A DNA stretch of 64,000 bases from Candidatus Latescibacterota bacterium. Its GTDB lineage: Bacteria > Latescibacterota > UBA2968 > GCA-2709665. The stretch lies in the NCBI GenBank assembly GCA_965219995.1, contig CBDCOX010000002.1, positions 3,104,001 to 3,168,000 of the forward strand. Direction: 5' to 3'. The translations under genes and the position numbers were made by a program. Positions 10,582 to 20,462 of this stretch are shown piece after piece; the first letter of the stretch is position 1; each line of letters begins with the position of its first letter. A model generated the notes under the pieces. The model was given only the letters and a program-made list of their open reading frames with translations, ran no database searches and was not told where the DNA came from.

Positions 10582-11396
10582 CCCTCAGCGTCTCCTGATC
10601 CGTCCGCCCGGGCGATGTACCGCTCGTGGGAGGCCCGCAGCTCCTCCTCGGTCACGGTTCGGAGTCCATCCGCCGAGATGGTTTTCACGGTGGGCAACAC
10701 CCCGGCATCCCGCTCGTACCTTCCCGTGGCCGCGTCGTATTCCGCGGCCGTATGCAGCAGGCGCAGCGCCATGCCGAGGCTCTCGCTCCGGTCCAGCTCG
10801 GCAAACGGGCGTTCGCCCCACTGGTTGTTGTAGTACATCGCGCCCCGGATGGCCGCCGCGCCCGATCCCGTGGTGGAAAAATCGGCACTTTCGAACTGCG
10901 CGCCCAGTACGTCGTAGAAAAAAATCTTCCCGCGGCTGTCCGGTCGATCGTACGTGGCGAAAATGGGGATCACCGGCCCGATGCCCTGCATGGCCATCGG
11001 CAGATTGTCGCGAATCAGAAGGGAGAGTCGCCGCAGCTTGGCCGCCAGGCTCATTTCCTGCAACTGCCGGCGCCGGTGATATTGAAAGGTATGTTCGAGG
11101 ATGCGGGCGATTTCGTACGCCATGGCCGGCGATCCGGAGATGGCCATCACCGAGAACGCGTCGATATCGATGACCTTATCGGCGCGGTCGTATAGCACGG
11201 TATGGCCGGCGGTCGCGCGGCGGTCGCCGGCAATGAGGACGCCATCCCGGTAGCGAAGGGCCAGGATGGTCGTGCCCTCGGTGGGCTGAAACGGAAGGGA
11301 CGCCGCGCCGCCCTGTGCGCTTTCCGCCAGGTCGGCGCCGGGCAGCCGGTATCCTCCGGCTTTCAACAGATCCAGAAAATCCCCACCCGCACTCAT
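10578..11396 (-). CDS. prcB: 20S proteasome beta subunit with propeptide
   Basis: EG|TTILALRYRDGVLIAGDRRAT gives the catalytic Thr1; TGSG motif; start chosen at MSAGGDF just after the ubact stop. Confidence 0.92.
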   Translation of the reverse strand: MSAGGDFLDLLKAGGYRLPGADLAESAQGGAASLPFQPTEGTTILALRYRDGVLIAGDRRATAGHTVLYDRADKVIDIDAFSVMAISGSPAMAYEIARILEHTFQYHRRRQLQEMSLAAKLRRLSLLIRDNLPMAMQGIGPVIPIFATYDRPDSRGKIFFYDVLGAQFESADFSTTGSGAAAIRGAMYYNNQWGERPFAELDRSESLGMALRLLHTAAEYDAATGRYERDAGVLPTVKTISADGLRTVTEEELRASHERYIARADGSGDAEG

Positions 11397-11400
11397 CGGC

Positions 11401-11592
11401 TCACTCGCCCGTGCGCTGGCGGTAGCGTCGCGCCTGATTCGGGTCCACGCGGCGCATTCGGCGCAGCAGGTCGCGGGTATCGGGGCGGTCAACGTCCGGT
11501 CGGGACGGTCCGTCGTTCCCGTCGTTCGGTCCCTCGTCGGGGGGGCCAGGCCTCCGGGTTCGCCGTTCCAAACTGGCAAGGTCTCTCTTCAT
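11401..11592 (-). CDS. ubact: Ubiquitin-like modifier UBact (Pup analogue)
   Basis: Disordered Pro/Asp-rich N-terminus and C-terminal LLRRMRRVDPNQARRYRQRTGE; lies between dop and prcB; GGAGG 7 nt before the second ATG. Confidence 0.9.
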   Translation of the reverse strand: MKRDLASLERRTRRPGPPDEGPNDGNDGPSRPDVDRPDTRDLLRRMRRVDPNQARRYRQRTGE

Positions 11593-11697
11593 AGCCATCT
11601 CCTCCAGGTGTCCTGTCCCGAAAATAAGTTGGCTGGATTCGGCCGTCGAGTCGCCCGGCTCGCAAGGCGCCTGCAGAGCGACGTTTCCAACGGACTG

Positions 11698-13212
11698 TCA
11701 GAGCGCGTCCAGGAACTCGTCCAGTCCATCCGAGCGATCCAGCGCTCTATTATAATACGCGACCTTCTCTCCATCAACCAGATCCTTCATATCCACGGCA
11801 CGCTGTTTTCCGTTCCGTGAGAACACGATCCGGTCCCAGTTGACCGATTTGACGTCGTGCCCGAATTTCTCCAGGCATCTGCCGCGGAAATAGGCACGGG
11901 TATCCGCGGGCGGAACGGACATCGCCTCCTCGATCCGCTCATCGTCGACGAGCCGGATCATTTTTGCCTGGTCTTCCAGCAGAAAGTAGAGCCCGGCGTC
12001 CCGGTCCACGTTGTGGTACTCGAGATCCTGGCTCTGTAGCCAGGCCAGATCGTTCGGATTGTCCCAGGAAAGTCCTTCCGCCTCGCGAAAACAATCCAGC
12101 AACCACTTCTTGCTCACCCAGTCGCAGGCGCCCACCATCGCCATGGGATCCCTTTCGAGGCCATCCAGAATCTCTTCCCACGCGTTGAGCACCCAGACCG
12201 TTTCCACGTCTCCGTCACCGAAACGCTCTCGCGCCCGCGCCAGGTACATCCGCTGGATTTCGACGGCCGGAACCAGCCGGTCGGTCTTGCGATCCAGCTC
12301 CACCATCCACTGATAACTCTGGTCGCGCGACACGTCCTTCAGTGCGGCGATCGGATCCTTCAAGGCCACGTCGGGAAGATCATCCTCTTCAACCAGCCCC
12401 ACCACCAGGGCCGTCGCGCCGACTTTCAGGGCCGTGACGTATTCCGACATGTTCGAGTCGCCGAGGATCACGTGCAGCCTGCGGTAGCGGCCGGCGTCGG
12501 CGTGGGGCTCGTCCCGCGTGTTGATGAGCGGCCGCTTGTGCATGGTGTCCACACTGGCGATCACCTCGAAGAATTCGGACCGCTGCGAGAGCTGATAGAC
12601 GGCCGCCCGGTCGCCGCGTTCCACGCCCATTTTGCCGGCACCCGCGTAAATCTGCCGCGTAACGAGAAACGGCAGCAGGCCCTTTACGATTCGCTCGAAA
12701 GGGGTCCCGCGGTCCATCAGGTAGTTCTCGTGACACCCGTAGCTGTGACCTTCGAAATCGGTGTTGTTCTTGTAGATGCGGACCGTGCCCTCGGGAAGCA
12801 TCTCCGTTCGCCTCCGGGCGCAGACGTCCACGATCCGCTCGCCGGCGCGGTCCTGCGCGACCAGCTCGAAGAGGCTGAGGCACTCGCCCGTGGCGTATTC
12901 CGGATGGGTATGGTCATTGTAAAAACGGGCGCCGTTGCGAATGATCAGATCGCTCTTCAACTCCTCGAGCGGCACCTTTCGCTGACGGTCCTTCTGAAGA
13001 TGCACCTTCTCGTCGGTATCGTTCAGCAGGGAGTCCACTTCGAACCCACGTACGTCCTTGCGGGGGTTCTCCAACTGATAGTCCCACAGGGGCGTGAAAT
13101 CACCCGTGAGATAGCAGCGGATCAACTGCATCGACTCTTCCACCACGTCGATCCGGTTCACCCCTTCGATCGTGATTCCGTATTCGGTTTCCAGGCCGAA
13201 AAGTCTATTCAT
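11698..13212 (-). CDS. dop: Depupylase/deamidase, Dop family
   Basis: FGLETEYGI, WDYQLENPRKDVRGF, NGARFYNDHTHPEY, YKNNTD...SYGCHENY. Confidence 0.88.
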   Translation of the reverse strand: MNRLFGLETEYGITIEGVNRIDVVEESMQLIRCYLTGDFTPLWDYQLENPRKDVRGFEVDSLLNDTDEKVHLQKDRQRKVPLEELKSDLIIRNGARFYNDHTHPEYATGECLSLFELVAQDRAGERIVDVCARRRTEMLPEGTVRIYKNNTDFEGHSYGCHENYLMDRGTPFERIVKGLLPFLVTRQIYAGAGKMGVERGDRAAVYQLSQRSEFFEVIASVDTMHKRPLINTRDEPHADAGRYRRLHVILGDSNMSEYVTALKVGATALVVGLVEEDDLPDVALKDPIAALKDVSRDQSYQWMVELDRKTDRLVPAVEIQRMYLARARERFGDGDVETVWVLNAWEEILDGLERDPMAMVGACDWVSKKWLLDCFREAEGLSWDNPNDLAWLQSQDLEYHNVDRDAGLYFLLEDQAKMIRLVDDERIEEAMSVPPADTRAYFRGRCLEKFGHDVKSVNWDRIVFSRNGKQRAVDMKDLVDGEKVAYYNRALDRSDGLDEFLDAL

Positions 13213-13230
13213 GAACGTTACTCAGTTCTC

Positions 13231-13543
13231 AAAAAGCGGTGAGACGTGAAAGGGAGAATTAAGAATGAAAACCTGAAAGCGGTGAGGGGGTAGACGGGAG
13301 ACGGTAGATGACGTGCTTGCACAATTGGTTCTTCTCCTATGCCTCTGGCACAATATGAAACCGGACGAAGCAAGAAAACCCGTGAGACGGTAGACGGTAG
13401 ATGAAAGCAGTGAGACGGGAGCCGTTAGACGGTAGATGACATCTTTGCCCGATTGGTTTTTCCTTTAGGCCTGCGGCAAGAGATGATACCAAACAAGCAC
13501 TGACATCATCTCACGTCTCACCTCTACCGTCTCCCCGCCTTTC
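13231..13543. repeat. Heptamer-armed modular repeat cluster (two B modules, reversed)
   Basis: gcggtgagacg.. / acggtagatgac-B-..cgtctccccgcct; fills the arc-dop intergenic space. Confidence 0.85.
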
Positions 13544-13544
13544 G

Positions 13545-15266
13545 CTATACAATCCGATTACCCCGCCGGTTCGGTTCCCGGCCGGGCCGAATCGGTGACG
13601 CCCGCACGACGTTTTCCGGATCGTAATCGAGCAGTTTCAGCCAGTCTTCCGTGTTGTCGGTGGGCGGGAAGATCTCGTTCTCGGTGTACTCGGTGTCGAC
13701 CGCCTGCAGCAGATCGTCCCCCGAGATGCCCTCTTCCTTTCCGGACGCGATGGACCGCCGGATGGCCATCTCCTTTGCGCGCCTCACGATCGACTCCATA
13801 ATCGCCCCGCTGGCCAGGTCCCCGCGCCGAAGGGTGTCCTTCCTGCCGCTTCGGAGGGTCACCTCGAGAAACCGCGTATGGTCTCGCTTCGAAAAGATCT
13901 CTTCCGCCGTGCGGGCGACGAGCGACTCCACGGCCGCGACGGAATCGCCGCCGTGCTGCTCCAGCGCCTTCCGGTCGATCGGCAGATCGGGCGTCAGGTA
14001 GATCTTGAGGATATCGAGCGCGCCATACCGGTCCGGGCGTTTCACCTTGATTTTCCGGTCGATTCGGCCCGGCCGCAGAATGGCGGGATCGATCAGGTCC
14101 GGGCGGTTGGACGCCAGAATGATCACCACGTCCTGGAGCGACTCGATGCCGTCCATTTCGGAACAGAACATCGGCACCACGGTATTCGAAATGCTGTGCG
14201 ACCGCATGGCCCGGCGCGTACCGAGAACGGATTCCGCCTCGTCGATGAACACCACCGGCAGATAACCCTCTTTCCGCTTCTCCCGCGCCCGGGAGAAAAT
14301 CTCGCGAATCTGGCGTTCGGACTCGCCCAGCCACATATTGAGGATTTCCGGCCCTTTGACGTTCATGAAACATTCCTTCAGGTTCAGACCGGCCTCCTGC
14401 TGTGCCTGCTTGACGAGGTTGTGCGCGGTTGCCTTGCCGATCAGCGTCTTGCCGCAGCCCGGCGGGCCGTACAACAGGAACCCCTTGGGGACGCTGTATC
14501 GGAACCTGGAAAACAGGTCCGGATGCAACGTGGGCATCTCGATCGTATCTTTAATGGCCTGGATGGCCTCTTCCTGGCCTCCGATCTTCTCCCAGGGCAG
14601 ATCGGGGATTTCTTCGAGGTAATAGTCTCTGGCTTCCTTTCCGGGCATGCGTTCCAGCGCCACCCGGAGGTTCGGGTCCACGCGGACCTCATCGCCCGCC
14701 TTCAGGGACGCCGCCGCCAGGTCGCTGGAGCGGGAAAGCACCGTCACCTGGCCGCCCGGTTCCTGGCCGACCCGCAGCCGGCCGTCTTCCAGCACGTCGG
14801 ATATCTTCACCACCTGGCCCGAGGATGAATAGCCCAGTTCGCCTACGATGGCGAACGCGTCGTTTACGAGTACCCTCGCGCCCACCTTCAGCGCCTCCTG
14901 GTCCAGCCGGGAATCGACGTTGGCGTAATATTCCGATCCGCCCACGCTGATGTAGGCCACGCCGTCGCGGGGGCCCTCGAGGAGCGTGCCCACGCGGTTC
15001 GCCGGCGCCGTCACCTTCTCGAGCGCGGCCTCCATCTCCACGATGGTCCGCCTCGCCTCCTCGAACGTGATTTCGTCTTCCTGAAGCTGTCTGCGGAGGT
15101 GGTAGAGCAGGGGACGCCGTTTGTCCTTTTCGTCCATCGACATCAATATCTGGTCGATGATGGACAGCGAGCGGAACGTGTGCTGCATATCCACGTAGTC
15201 CTGCAGAAAGTCGTCCGGCGACTTTCGCTGTCGATTTCCTTCGTCGGGGCGGTTAATGGCGCTCAC
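13545..15266 (-). CDS. arc: Proteasome-associated AAA ATPase (ARC/Mpa-like)
   Basis: Coiled coil and OB-like region; LLYGPPGCGKT, NVKGPEILN, VFIDEAES, SNRPDLIDPAILRPGRID. Confidence 0.9.
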   Translation of the reverse strand: MSAINRPDEGNRQRKSPDDFLQDYVDMQHTFRSLSIIDQILMSMDEKDKRRPLLYHLRRQLQEDEITFEEARRTIVEMEAALEKVTAPANRVGTLLEGPRDGVAYISVGGSEYYANVDSRLDQEALKVGARVLVNDAFAIVGELGYSSSGQVVKISDVLEDGRLRVGQEPGGQVTVLSRSSDLAAASLKAGDEVRVDPNLRVALERMPGKEARDYYLEEIPDLPWEKIGGQEEAIQAIKDTIEMPTLHPDLFSRFRYSVPKGFLLYGPPGCGKTLIGKATAHNLVKQAQQEAGLNLKECFMNVKGPEILNMWLGESERQIREIFSRAREKRKEGYLPVVFIDEAESVLGTRRAMRSHSISNTVVPMFCSEMDGIESLQDVVIILASNRPDLIDPAILRPGRIDRKIKVKRPDRYGALDILKIYLTPDLPIDRKALEQHGGDSVAAVESLVARTAEEIFSKRDHTRFLEVTLRSGRKDTLRRGDLASGAIMESIVRRAKEMAIRRSIASGKEEGISGDDLLQAVDTEYTENEIFPPTDNTEDWLKLLDYDPENVVRASPIRPGREPNRRGNRIV

Positions 15267-15304
15267 CTCCGGAATCGAAAAGGAAAAAGGAAGAATGAAG
15301 ACCT

Positions 15305-15466
15305 GAAACCGGTGAGACGGTAGACGTAAGACGGGAGATGATGTGAATGCTCTATGGTTTTTCTTGATTGCTACGATAACGGTAAATTAGCGGGCACGGT
15401 TTGTGTAGAAACACTGCTGTAAAAGTCTTCATCTACCGTCTACCGTCTCCCGTCTCCCCGCCTTTA
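15305..15466. repeat. Heptamer-armed repeat with module A
   Basis: ccggtgagacggtagacgtaagacgggagatg-A-catctaccgtctaccgtctcccgtctccccgccttta. Confidence 0.85.
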
Positions 15467-16366
15467 GTCGTCCATCTCCCGCTTGAAGGTGAACTTCATC
15501 TTGGCGCCGGGGTTCTCCACCTTGACGTTCCCCCGGATCACGGTGACGTCCATCTCTTTGAACGACAGCTTGATTTCATGTCCGATTACGATTCCGCGGC
15601 CCACGTCGACGGTCCATTTCCCCTTTCCCTCGCCCGTGCCCTCGACCATAATGGACACCGCGTTTGAAAATATCCAGCCGCGATACCGCATCTGCCGGGT
15701 CTCGTCGATGAGGGCGACCCGGCGGCCCTTCTTCTTCGCCAGTCGCTTCAATACGTAAACGCTGTTGATCTCCACCGTGCCTTTGTCCTGAAGCGCGGGG
15801 ATGGGAATCTCGTGGCGGCGCAGGCCGTTCCACGAATCTCCGGAACCGACGTCCCGCTTGGGCAGAACCGGATGTATTTCCGGCACCCAGAGCTGATGCA
15901 GATCGCTGATTGCCGCCTCCCGGCGCACTTCGTAAGACTTGAAACCGGGCTTGAACCCGATCACGTCGCCCGCCGCAGTCACGTTCCACGTAAATGTCCG
16001 GTTGTTGAACATATCGAGCAGGTACGGGAAGTTGTTCTCGCTGATCTGAACGCGGTCTTCCATGACCGTGCTCTCGGCGTTCTGAACCGTTGCCGTCACG
16101 GTTGCGGCTTCCGCCGAGATTGCAGTGACGGCTTCTCTGCTCTTCCATTTTCCGTAGGTCCGGACGTCGACGGTGCCGGACGTCTTGTCCTCGTCGATCA
16201 GGTCCGCGCGACCGCTGTAATACTCCAGCGTCCAGGAATTCTTATACAGATTCGACTGCCCCGACTTGTAGACGAACTTGAGTGCCACCTTCTCGGCAAA
16301 CGCGGATCCTCCGGGAAAGAACAGAACAGTCGAAATGAACATGCAAAGAAGACGATTCCGGCCCAT
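15464..16366 (-). CDS. Secreted hypothetical beta-rich protein
   Basis: Signal peptide ending SAFA; GGAGG RBS; GC-typical codon usage. Confidence 0.7.
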   Translation of the reverse strand: MGRNRLLCMFISTVLFFPGGSAFAEKVALKFVYKSGQSNLYKNSWTLEYYSGRADLIDEDKTSGTVDVRTYGKWKSREAVTAISAEAATVTATVQNAESTVMEDRVQISENNFPYLLDMFNNRTFTWNVTAAGDVIGFKPGFKSYEVRREAAISDLHQLWVPEIHPVLPKRDVGSGDSWNGLRRHEIPIPALQDKGTVEINSVYVLKRLAKKKGRRVALIDETRQMRYRGWIFSNAVSIMVEGTGEGKGKWTVDVGRGIVIGHEIKLSFKEMDVTVIRGNVKVENPGAKMKFTFKREMDD

Positions 16367-16753
16367 GGCTCCCTCCTGCTTCGATGGACGGTAATTAAAG
16401 GGGGACTCTGCCTACGTCAGCTGAATTGGAAGAGTTTCCGACGCAAATCGGAATCGTTAGCACCGCGAAGAATTGCGGGATCCCGATACAAAAAAAAGCC
16501 TGTGATGTGAAAAGTAACATCGAAGTACCGTGAAGTCAAGTTGAGCACAGATGCCGGTGTGACATCCGGAAGGTCCCCCGAGGTGCGCTGGAGGATGTTG
16601 ACGTCCGGGCGGCCCCGTGAAGTGAAGTTTCTCTTCACTTCGGGAAAAGGGCTTGACATGGCCGCCCGTATGGACAATGTTTACCCATATACGGTCGGCA
16701 GGAAGGTTCCTTCTTCTTCGGCATAGCGCATCATCGAGACGGGGCGCCAACAA

Positions 16754-19372
16754 ATGAGACGACTCTCAGGTTCGCTGTTCCTGTTGCTGACATTCGTTCA
16801 CCCTCTTTCCGCGCAGAGGATCGGCGAGCCGCAACCGGTCCACCTCATCGGGACGTCGACCCCTTTGACCCTCGAGTTTTCCGACCGGGACTATCTGATG
16901 ATCCTCTATTCACTGTATTCGGACGTTCCGCCCGATCTCAAGGAGAGTCCGGAGTACGGATTCTCTGTTTTCAGCCCCTCGAACGGCGCCGGTTCCACGG
17001 GCATTCCCGGTCCCGTCGCGAGGGTTTCGCCGCTGTCGATCGGCGGTCTGGAAGCGCAGCTTCGAAGACAGGAGCAGGAGCTCGCCCGCCGCGTACGGGA
17101 AACCGGCGGATACCGCCCCCCGGCGACGAAAGTCGCGCCTCAACAGGTCAGCGCCCGCCAGTTCGCGTTTCCGGCATTCGGCAACGTGCCCGATACGACC
17201 GTTACGGCGGTGCTCGTCGCGGGCAGCTTCAGGGCGAACGCGTACGTGGACGTGGCCGACACCGGCCGCGTCAGCAGGCAGCGGATCCAGGGGGACGCCG
17301 ACCTGTTCACCTTGAGGATCCATCCCGTTCTCACGTCCACGCTCGCACGGGATCCGCGTGCGGCGGACATCGGGAAGGTTATCCTGCTCTACACCCACCT
17401 GGTTGACGAAGTCGGTGACGACACCACCATGGTACGCGGGTTCTTCAACGCCGCGTCGGTCCTGCCTCCCAGCCAGGGCGGTAACGGCGACCAGCTCAAC
17501 CTGCTGTTTATCAATCCATTCAACGAACCGGAGGTCGCCGAAGCCGTGCTCGCCCACGAATTCCAACACCTCTTCAGCTTCCACCAGCACGTACTCATTC
17601 GCAACGGCCGGCCGGAAGAAGCCTGGCTCAACGAAGGGCTGTCGCACGTGTGTGAAGACCTGGTCGGCGGACACGAAGTGCACAATCGACAGATTGTCGA
17701 ACGCTTCCTCGCCGACCCGAGCCGTACGCCGTTGCGCGGGTCGGTCGAAATCCCGGGCGTCCGCGGCGCCGCCTATCTGTTTGTGCGGAGTCTCATTGAA
17801 GACTCCGGCATGGAAATCCTCACGCGCCTGGTCCAGACGAGCCATATCGGACTCCGCAACGTCAGAGAAGCCGCCGGCGACCCCATCACCGACATATACC
17901 TGAGATTTCTGTCGCGGCTGTACTTCACCGGCTCGAGGCTGAACCCCACGCTCGAATACACCGCGCCGCCTCTGGTGGACGCCACAACCGGCGCGCGCCG
18001 CTTCCCCTTTCCGGAAGAAACCCTCGTATCGTCCGGGACCCCCCCGGCGATCGGGAGCGTGCAGCCCCTTTCCGCGGCCTATATGCGGCTGTCGTACGGT
18101 GAAGACCGGTTGATATGGATCCAGACCGACGCGGAGGGCTTGCCCGGCGTGGTCCTTGTCCCGATTCTACCCGCCGACCAGGACCGAATCTCGATTCCGA
18201 CCGATTTCTTTACGGGCATCACGCTGGACGCGCCCATCGCCGGACCCCATCTGTCCTACACGCCGATTCCGATTTCCGGCGCCGTGTCCGACACGCTCAT
18301 CGCCGAACTCGAGTTCGTCCTCCTGTTATCGGATTACAGCACGGAAAACCGGTACGTCGTCCCGGTCCGGGACGAGAAATTCACACATACGTTCTTCTTC
18401 TCGCACGAACAGGCGGGCGACTACCGGCTGGAGGCGAGAACGAGACGGGCAGAACGGCAGGACAGCGAGACGGCGGGCACGTTCGGCGCCTTCACAGTCG
18501 AGGAAGGGCCGGAGACCGCGCCGATTCCCGTCGGTTACTTTACGGACATCGTCTTTTCCTCGCCGATTCCCGTCGAAGCGCGATCCGGACAGGCGATCCG
18601 ACTTTCCGGCACGGTATCCGATTCGTCCCTGACCGCGATCAAATTCAGTTTCTGGCACGAGGATATCGACAAATCGCTGCACTTCAATGCGCCGGTGACG
18701 AACGATCAATTCAGGAAAACCGTCTTCTTCACGCACGGACAAACCGGCGTTTACCAGTTTGCGATCAACCGGCAGCGGGAAAATACGAGCTATGCGCTTC
18801 CACAGGATGCCTTCAGCCCCTTTGTCGTCGTTGAGGGAGACGGGGCGGCCCTCATCCCCGTGGATTTCTTCGATGAAATCAGACTTCAGGCGCCCATGCC
18901 GATTGAATACCGGATCGGCCGGTCGGTGAGCGTCGAGGGCGCGGTATCCGATCCTTCCGCGTCCCAGATCGAGTTCGAATTCTACACGTCAGGCGGGGAC
19001 ACGCAGACTGAATCCGGCACGACCGACACCCGTTTCTTCGCGCAGGTGGTCGACGGCCGGTTCAGCATCGACATCGTCTTTTCACCCGAACAGCGGGTCT
19101 CGGACGACTATACGCTCGACGTATGGCTGTGGCGGAGCGGCGAACGTTCCAGGGGCTACCGAAGATTCGCACCGATTTCAATCATCGAGGCGCTGCCATC
19201 TCCCGACTTCAATGGCGACGGAACGGTGGGATTCGCGGATTTCATCGCGTTTGCGGAGGGGTTCGGCAAGACGGCGGCCGACGCGGACTTCGATCCCAGG
19301 TTTGACCTGGATGGGGACGCGACCGTTGGATTCGGGGATTTTGTGATCTTCTCGAGTGCCTTTGGACAGTAG
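16754..19372 (+). CDS. Secreted zinc metallopeptidase (M30-like) with repeated Ig-like modules and a C-terminal dockerin-like/EF-hand domain
   Basis: Signal peptide; LAHEFQH...WLNEGLS; three IPxxFF-started repeats; DFNGDGTVGFADF...DLDGDATVGFGDF. Confidence 0.75.
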   Translation: MRRLSGSLFLLLTFVHPLSAQRIGEPQPVHLIGTSTPLTLEFSDRDYLMILYSLYSDVPPDLKESPEYGFSVFSPSNGAGSTGIPGPVARVSPLSIGGLEAQLRRQEQELARRVRETGGYRPPATKVAPQQVSARQFAFPAFGNVPDTTVTAVLVAGSFRANAYVDVADTGRVSRQRIQGDADLFTLRIHPVLTSTLARDPRAADIGKVILLYTHLVDEVGDDTTMVRGFFNAASVLPPSQGGNGDQLNLLFINPFNEPEVAEAVLAHEFQHLFSFHQHVLIRNGRPEEAWLNEGLSHVCEDLVGGHEVHNRQIVERFLADPSRTPLRGSVEIPGVRGAAYLFVRSLIEDSGMEILTRLVQTSHIGLRNVREAAGDPITDIYLRFLSRLYFTGSRLNPTLEYTAPPLVDATTGARRFPFPEETLVSSGTPPAIGSVQPLSAAYMRLSYGEDRLIWIQTDAEGLPGVVLVPILPADQDRISIPTDFFTGITLDAPIAGPHLSYTPIPISGAVSDTLIAELEFVLLLSDYSTENRYVVPVRDEKFTHTFFFSHEQAGDYRLEARTRRAERQDSETAGTFGAFTVEEGPETAPIPVGYFTDIVFSSPIPVEARSGQAIRLSGTVSDSSLTAIKFSFWHEDIDKSLHFNAPVTNDQFRKTVFFTHGQTGVYQFAINRQRENTSYALPQDAFSPFVVVEGDGAALIPVDFFDEIRLQAPMPIEYRIGRSVSVEGAVSDPSASQIEFEFYTSGGDTQTESGTTDTRFFAQVVDGRFSIDIVFSPEQRVSDDYTLDVWLWRSGERSRGYRRFAPISIIEALPSPDFNGDGTVGFADFIAFAEGFGKTAADADFDPRFDLDGDATVGFGDFVIFSSAFGQ

Positions 19373-19375
19373 ACC

Positions 19376-19670
19376 AAGAGCGGGGAGACGTGAGACGGAA
19401 GACGGTAGATGACGTCATTGCCCGATTGGTTCTTACTCAATGCCTCTGGCAAGATGTGAAACCACGCGGGACAATAAAAAAACCGGTGAGAGGGTAGACG
19501 TGAGACGGTAGATGACGTCTTTGCCCGTTTGGTTTTTCCTTTATGCCTGCGGCAAAAAGTGAAACCGGACGCGGCGGACAATCTCTCCCGTCTTACCTCT
19601 AACGTCTCCCCGCCTTTGGGGCGCTCATGTCATCTCCCGTCTCACGTCTCCCGTCTCACCAGGGGTAGGG
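19376..19670. repeat. Heptamer-armed repeat cluster (two B modules, reversed)
   Basis: Lies between convergent genes and supplies the amidohydrolase stop codon. Confidence 0.85.
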
Positions 19671-20436
19671 GGTTGGGAGATCGGAGCATGGTGTCGGCGT
19701 TGCGCCAGGCGATGGCCTCCCTGACGTCTGCGGGCGCGTCGAGGATCTGCAGTTTCAGCAATGCGGGCGCGGGTGTGTTGAACGGCATCCCGGACCCGAA
19801 GGCCAGGCGCCCGGTCCCCCACGCCTGTGTGAGGCCCTGGATGCTGCGCTCCAGGACCGCGGTCAGGCGGGAGACGTCCACCAGGAACCGGACGTCCGGG
19901 GGAAGAATGCGCCCGGTGAAGCCGGCGCCGTTCAGAATCATCCATCGAATGTGCGGCCGCAACTGAAAAAGCCGGCGAAACGTCGCCGGCTTCAGGTCAT
20001 CCGCCATATCCCAGGGATGCCGTTGTCGCCGGTCCACAATACGCATGGGTACCTGCACGGGCCACCCCACCTCCGAAACCGCATCCAGCAGATCAAGCGA
20101 CGCCTCCGACTCCGGATCGTACCCGTGGTATTGCGGAACCAGTCGAATCCCGCACAGCTCCAGGTCCTCAACGCACCGGCGCAGGTCCTCCTCCCAGCCC
20201 GCGTAGGCCGGATTCAACGTGGCGAACGGAATCAGCCGGTCGCGGTGCCGCAGCACCTGACGGGCCAGTTCCTCGTTGGCCGAATGAGCGTCCCTGTAGA
20301 ACACCCCGTGGATTGACGCCACCACCGCCCGGTCGATGCCGCTGCGGTCCATCAGCCTCAGGAGCCCCTGCACCGTATTGTGGCGCAACCGCCGGAACGG
20401 CCAGTGCCCCACCCACGCGTTGACGTCTATGATCAT
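19642..20436 (-). CDS. Amidohydrolase_2 family protein
   Basis: MIIDVNAWVG, GIDRAVV, GIRLVPQYHGY, RLAFGSGMPF, IAWRNA. Confidence 0.8.
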   Translation of the reverse strand: MIIDVNAWVGHWPFRRLRHNTVQGLLRLMDRSGIDRAVVASIHGVFYRDAHSANEELARQVLRHRDRLIPFATLNPAYAGWEEDLRRCVEDLELCGIRLVPQYHGYDPESEASLDLLDAVSEVGWPVQVPMRIVDRRQRHPWDMADDLKPATFRRLFQLRPHIRWMILNGAGFTGRILPPDVRFLVDVSRLTAVLERSIQGLTQAWGTGRLAFGSGMPFNTPAPALLKLQILDAPADVREAIAWRNADTMLRSPNPLPLVRRET

Positions 20437-20462
20437 TTCCGTTCCCGCCGATTGTCCGCACC

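Noticed and set aside
11401-11598. Calling the small modifier Pup
   Set aside because: It lacks the Pup GGE/GGQ ending; the RYRQRTGE terminus fits UBact.
16380-16750. Possible ncRNA or riboswitch in the divergent intergenic region
   Set aside because: Only a short hairpin (GAAGTGAAG..CTTCACTTC) and a TTGACA without a well-spaced -10; no family recognised by eye.
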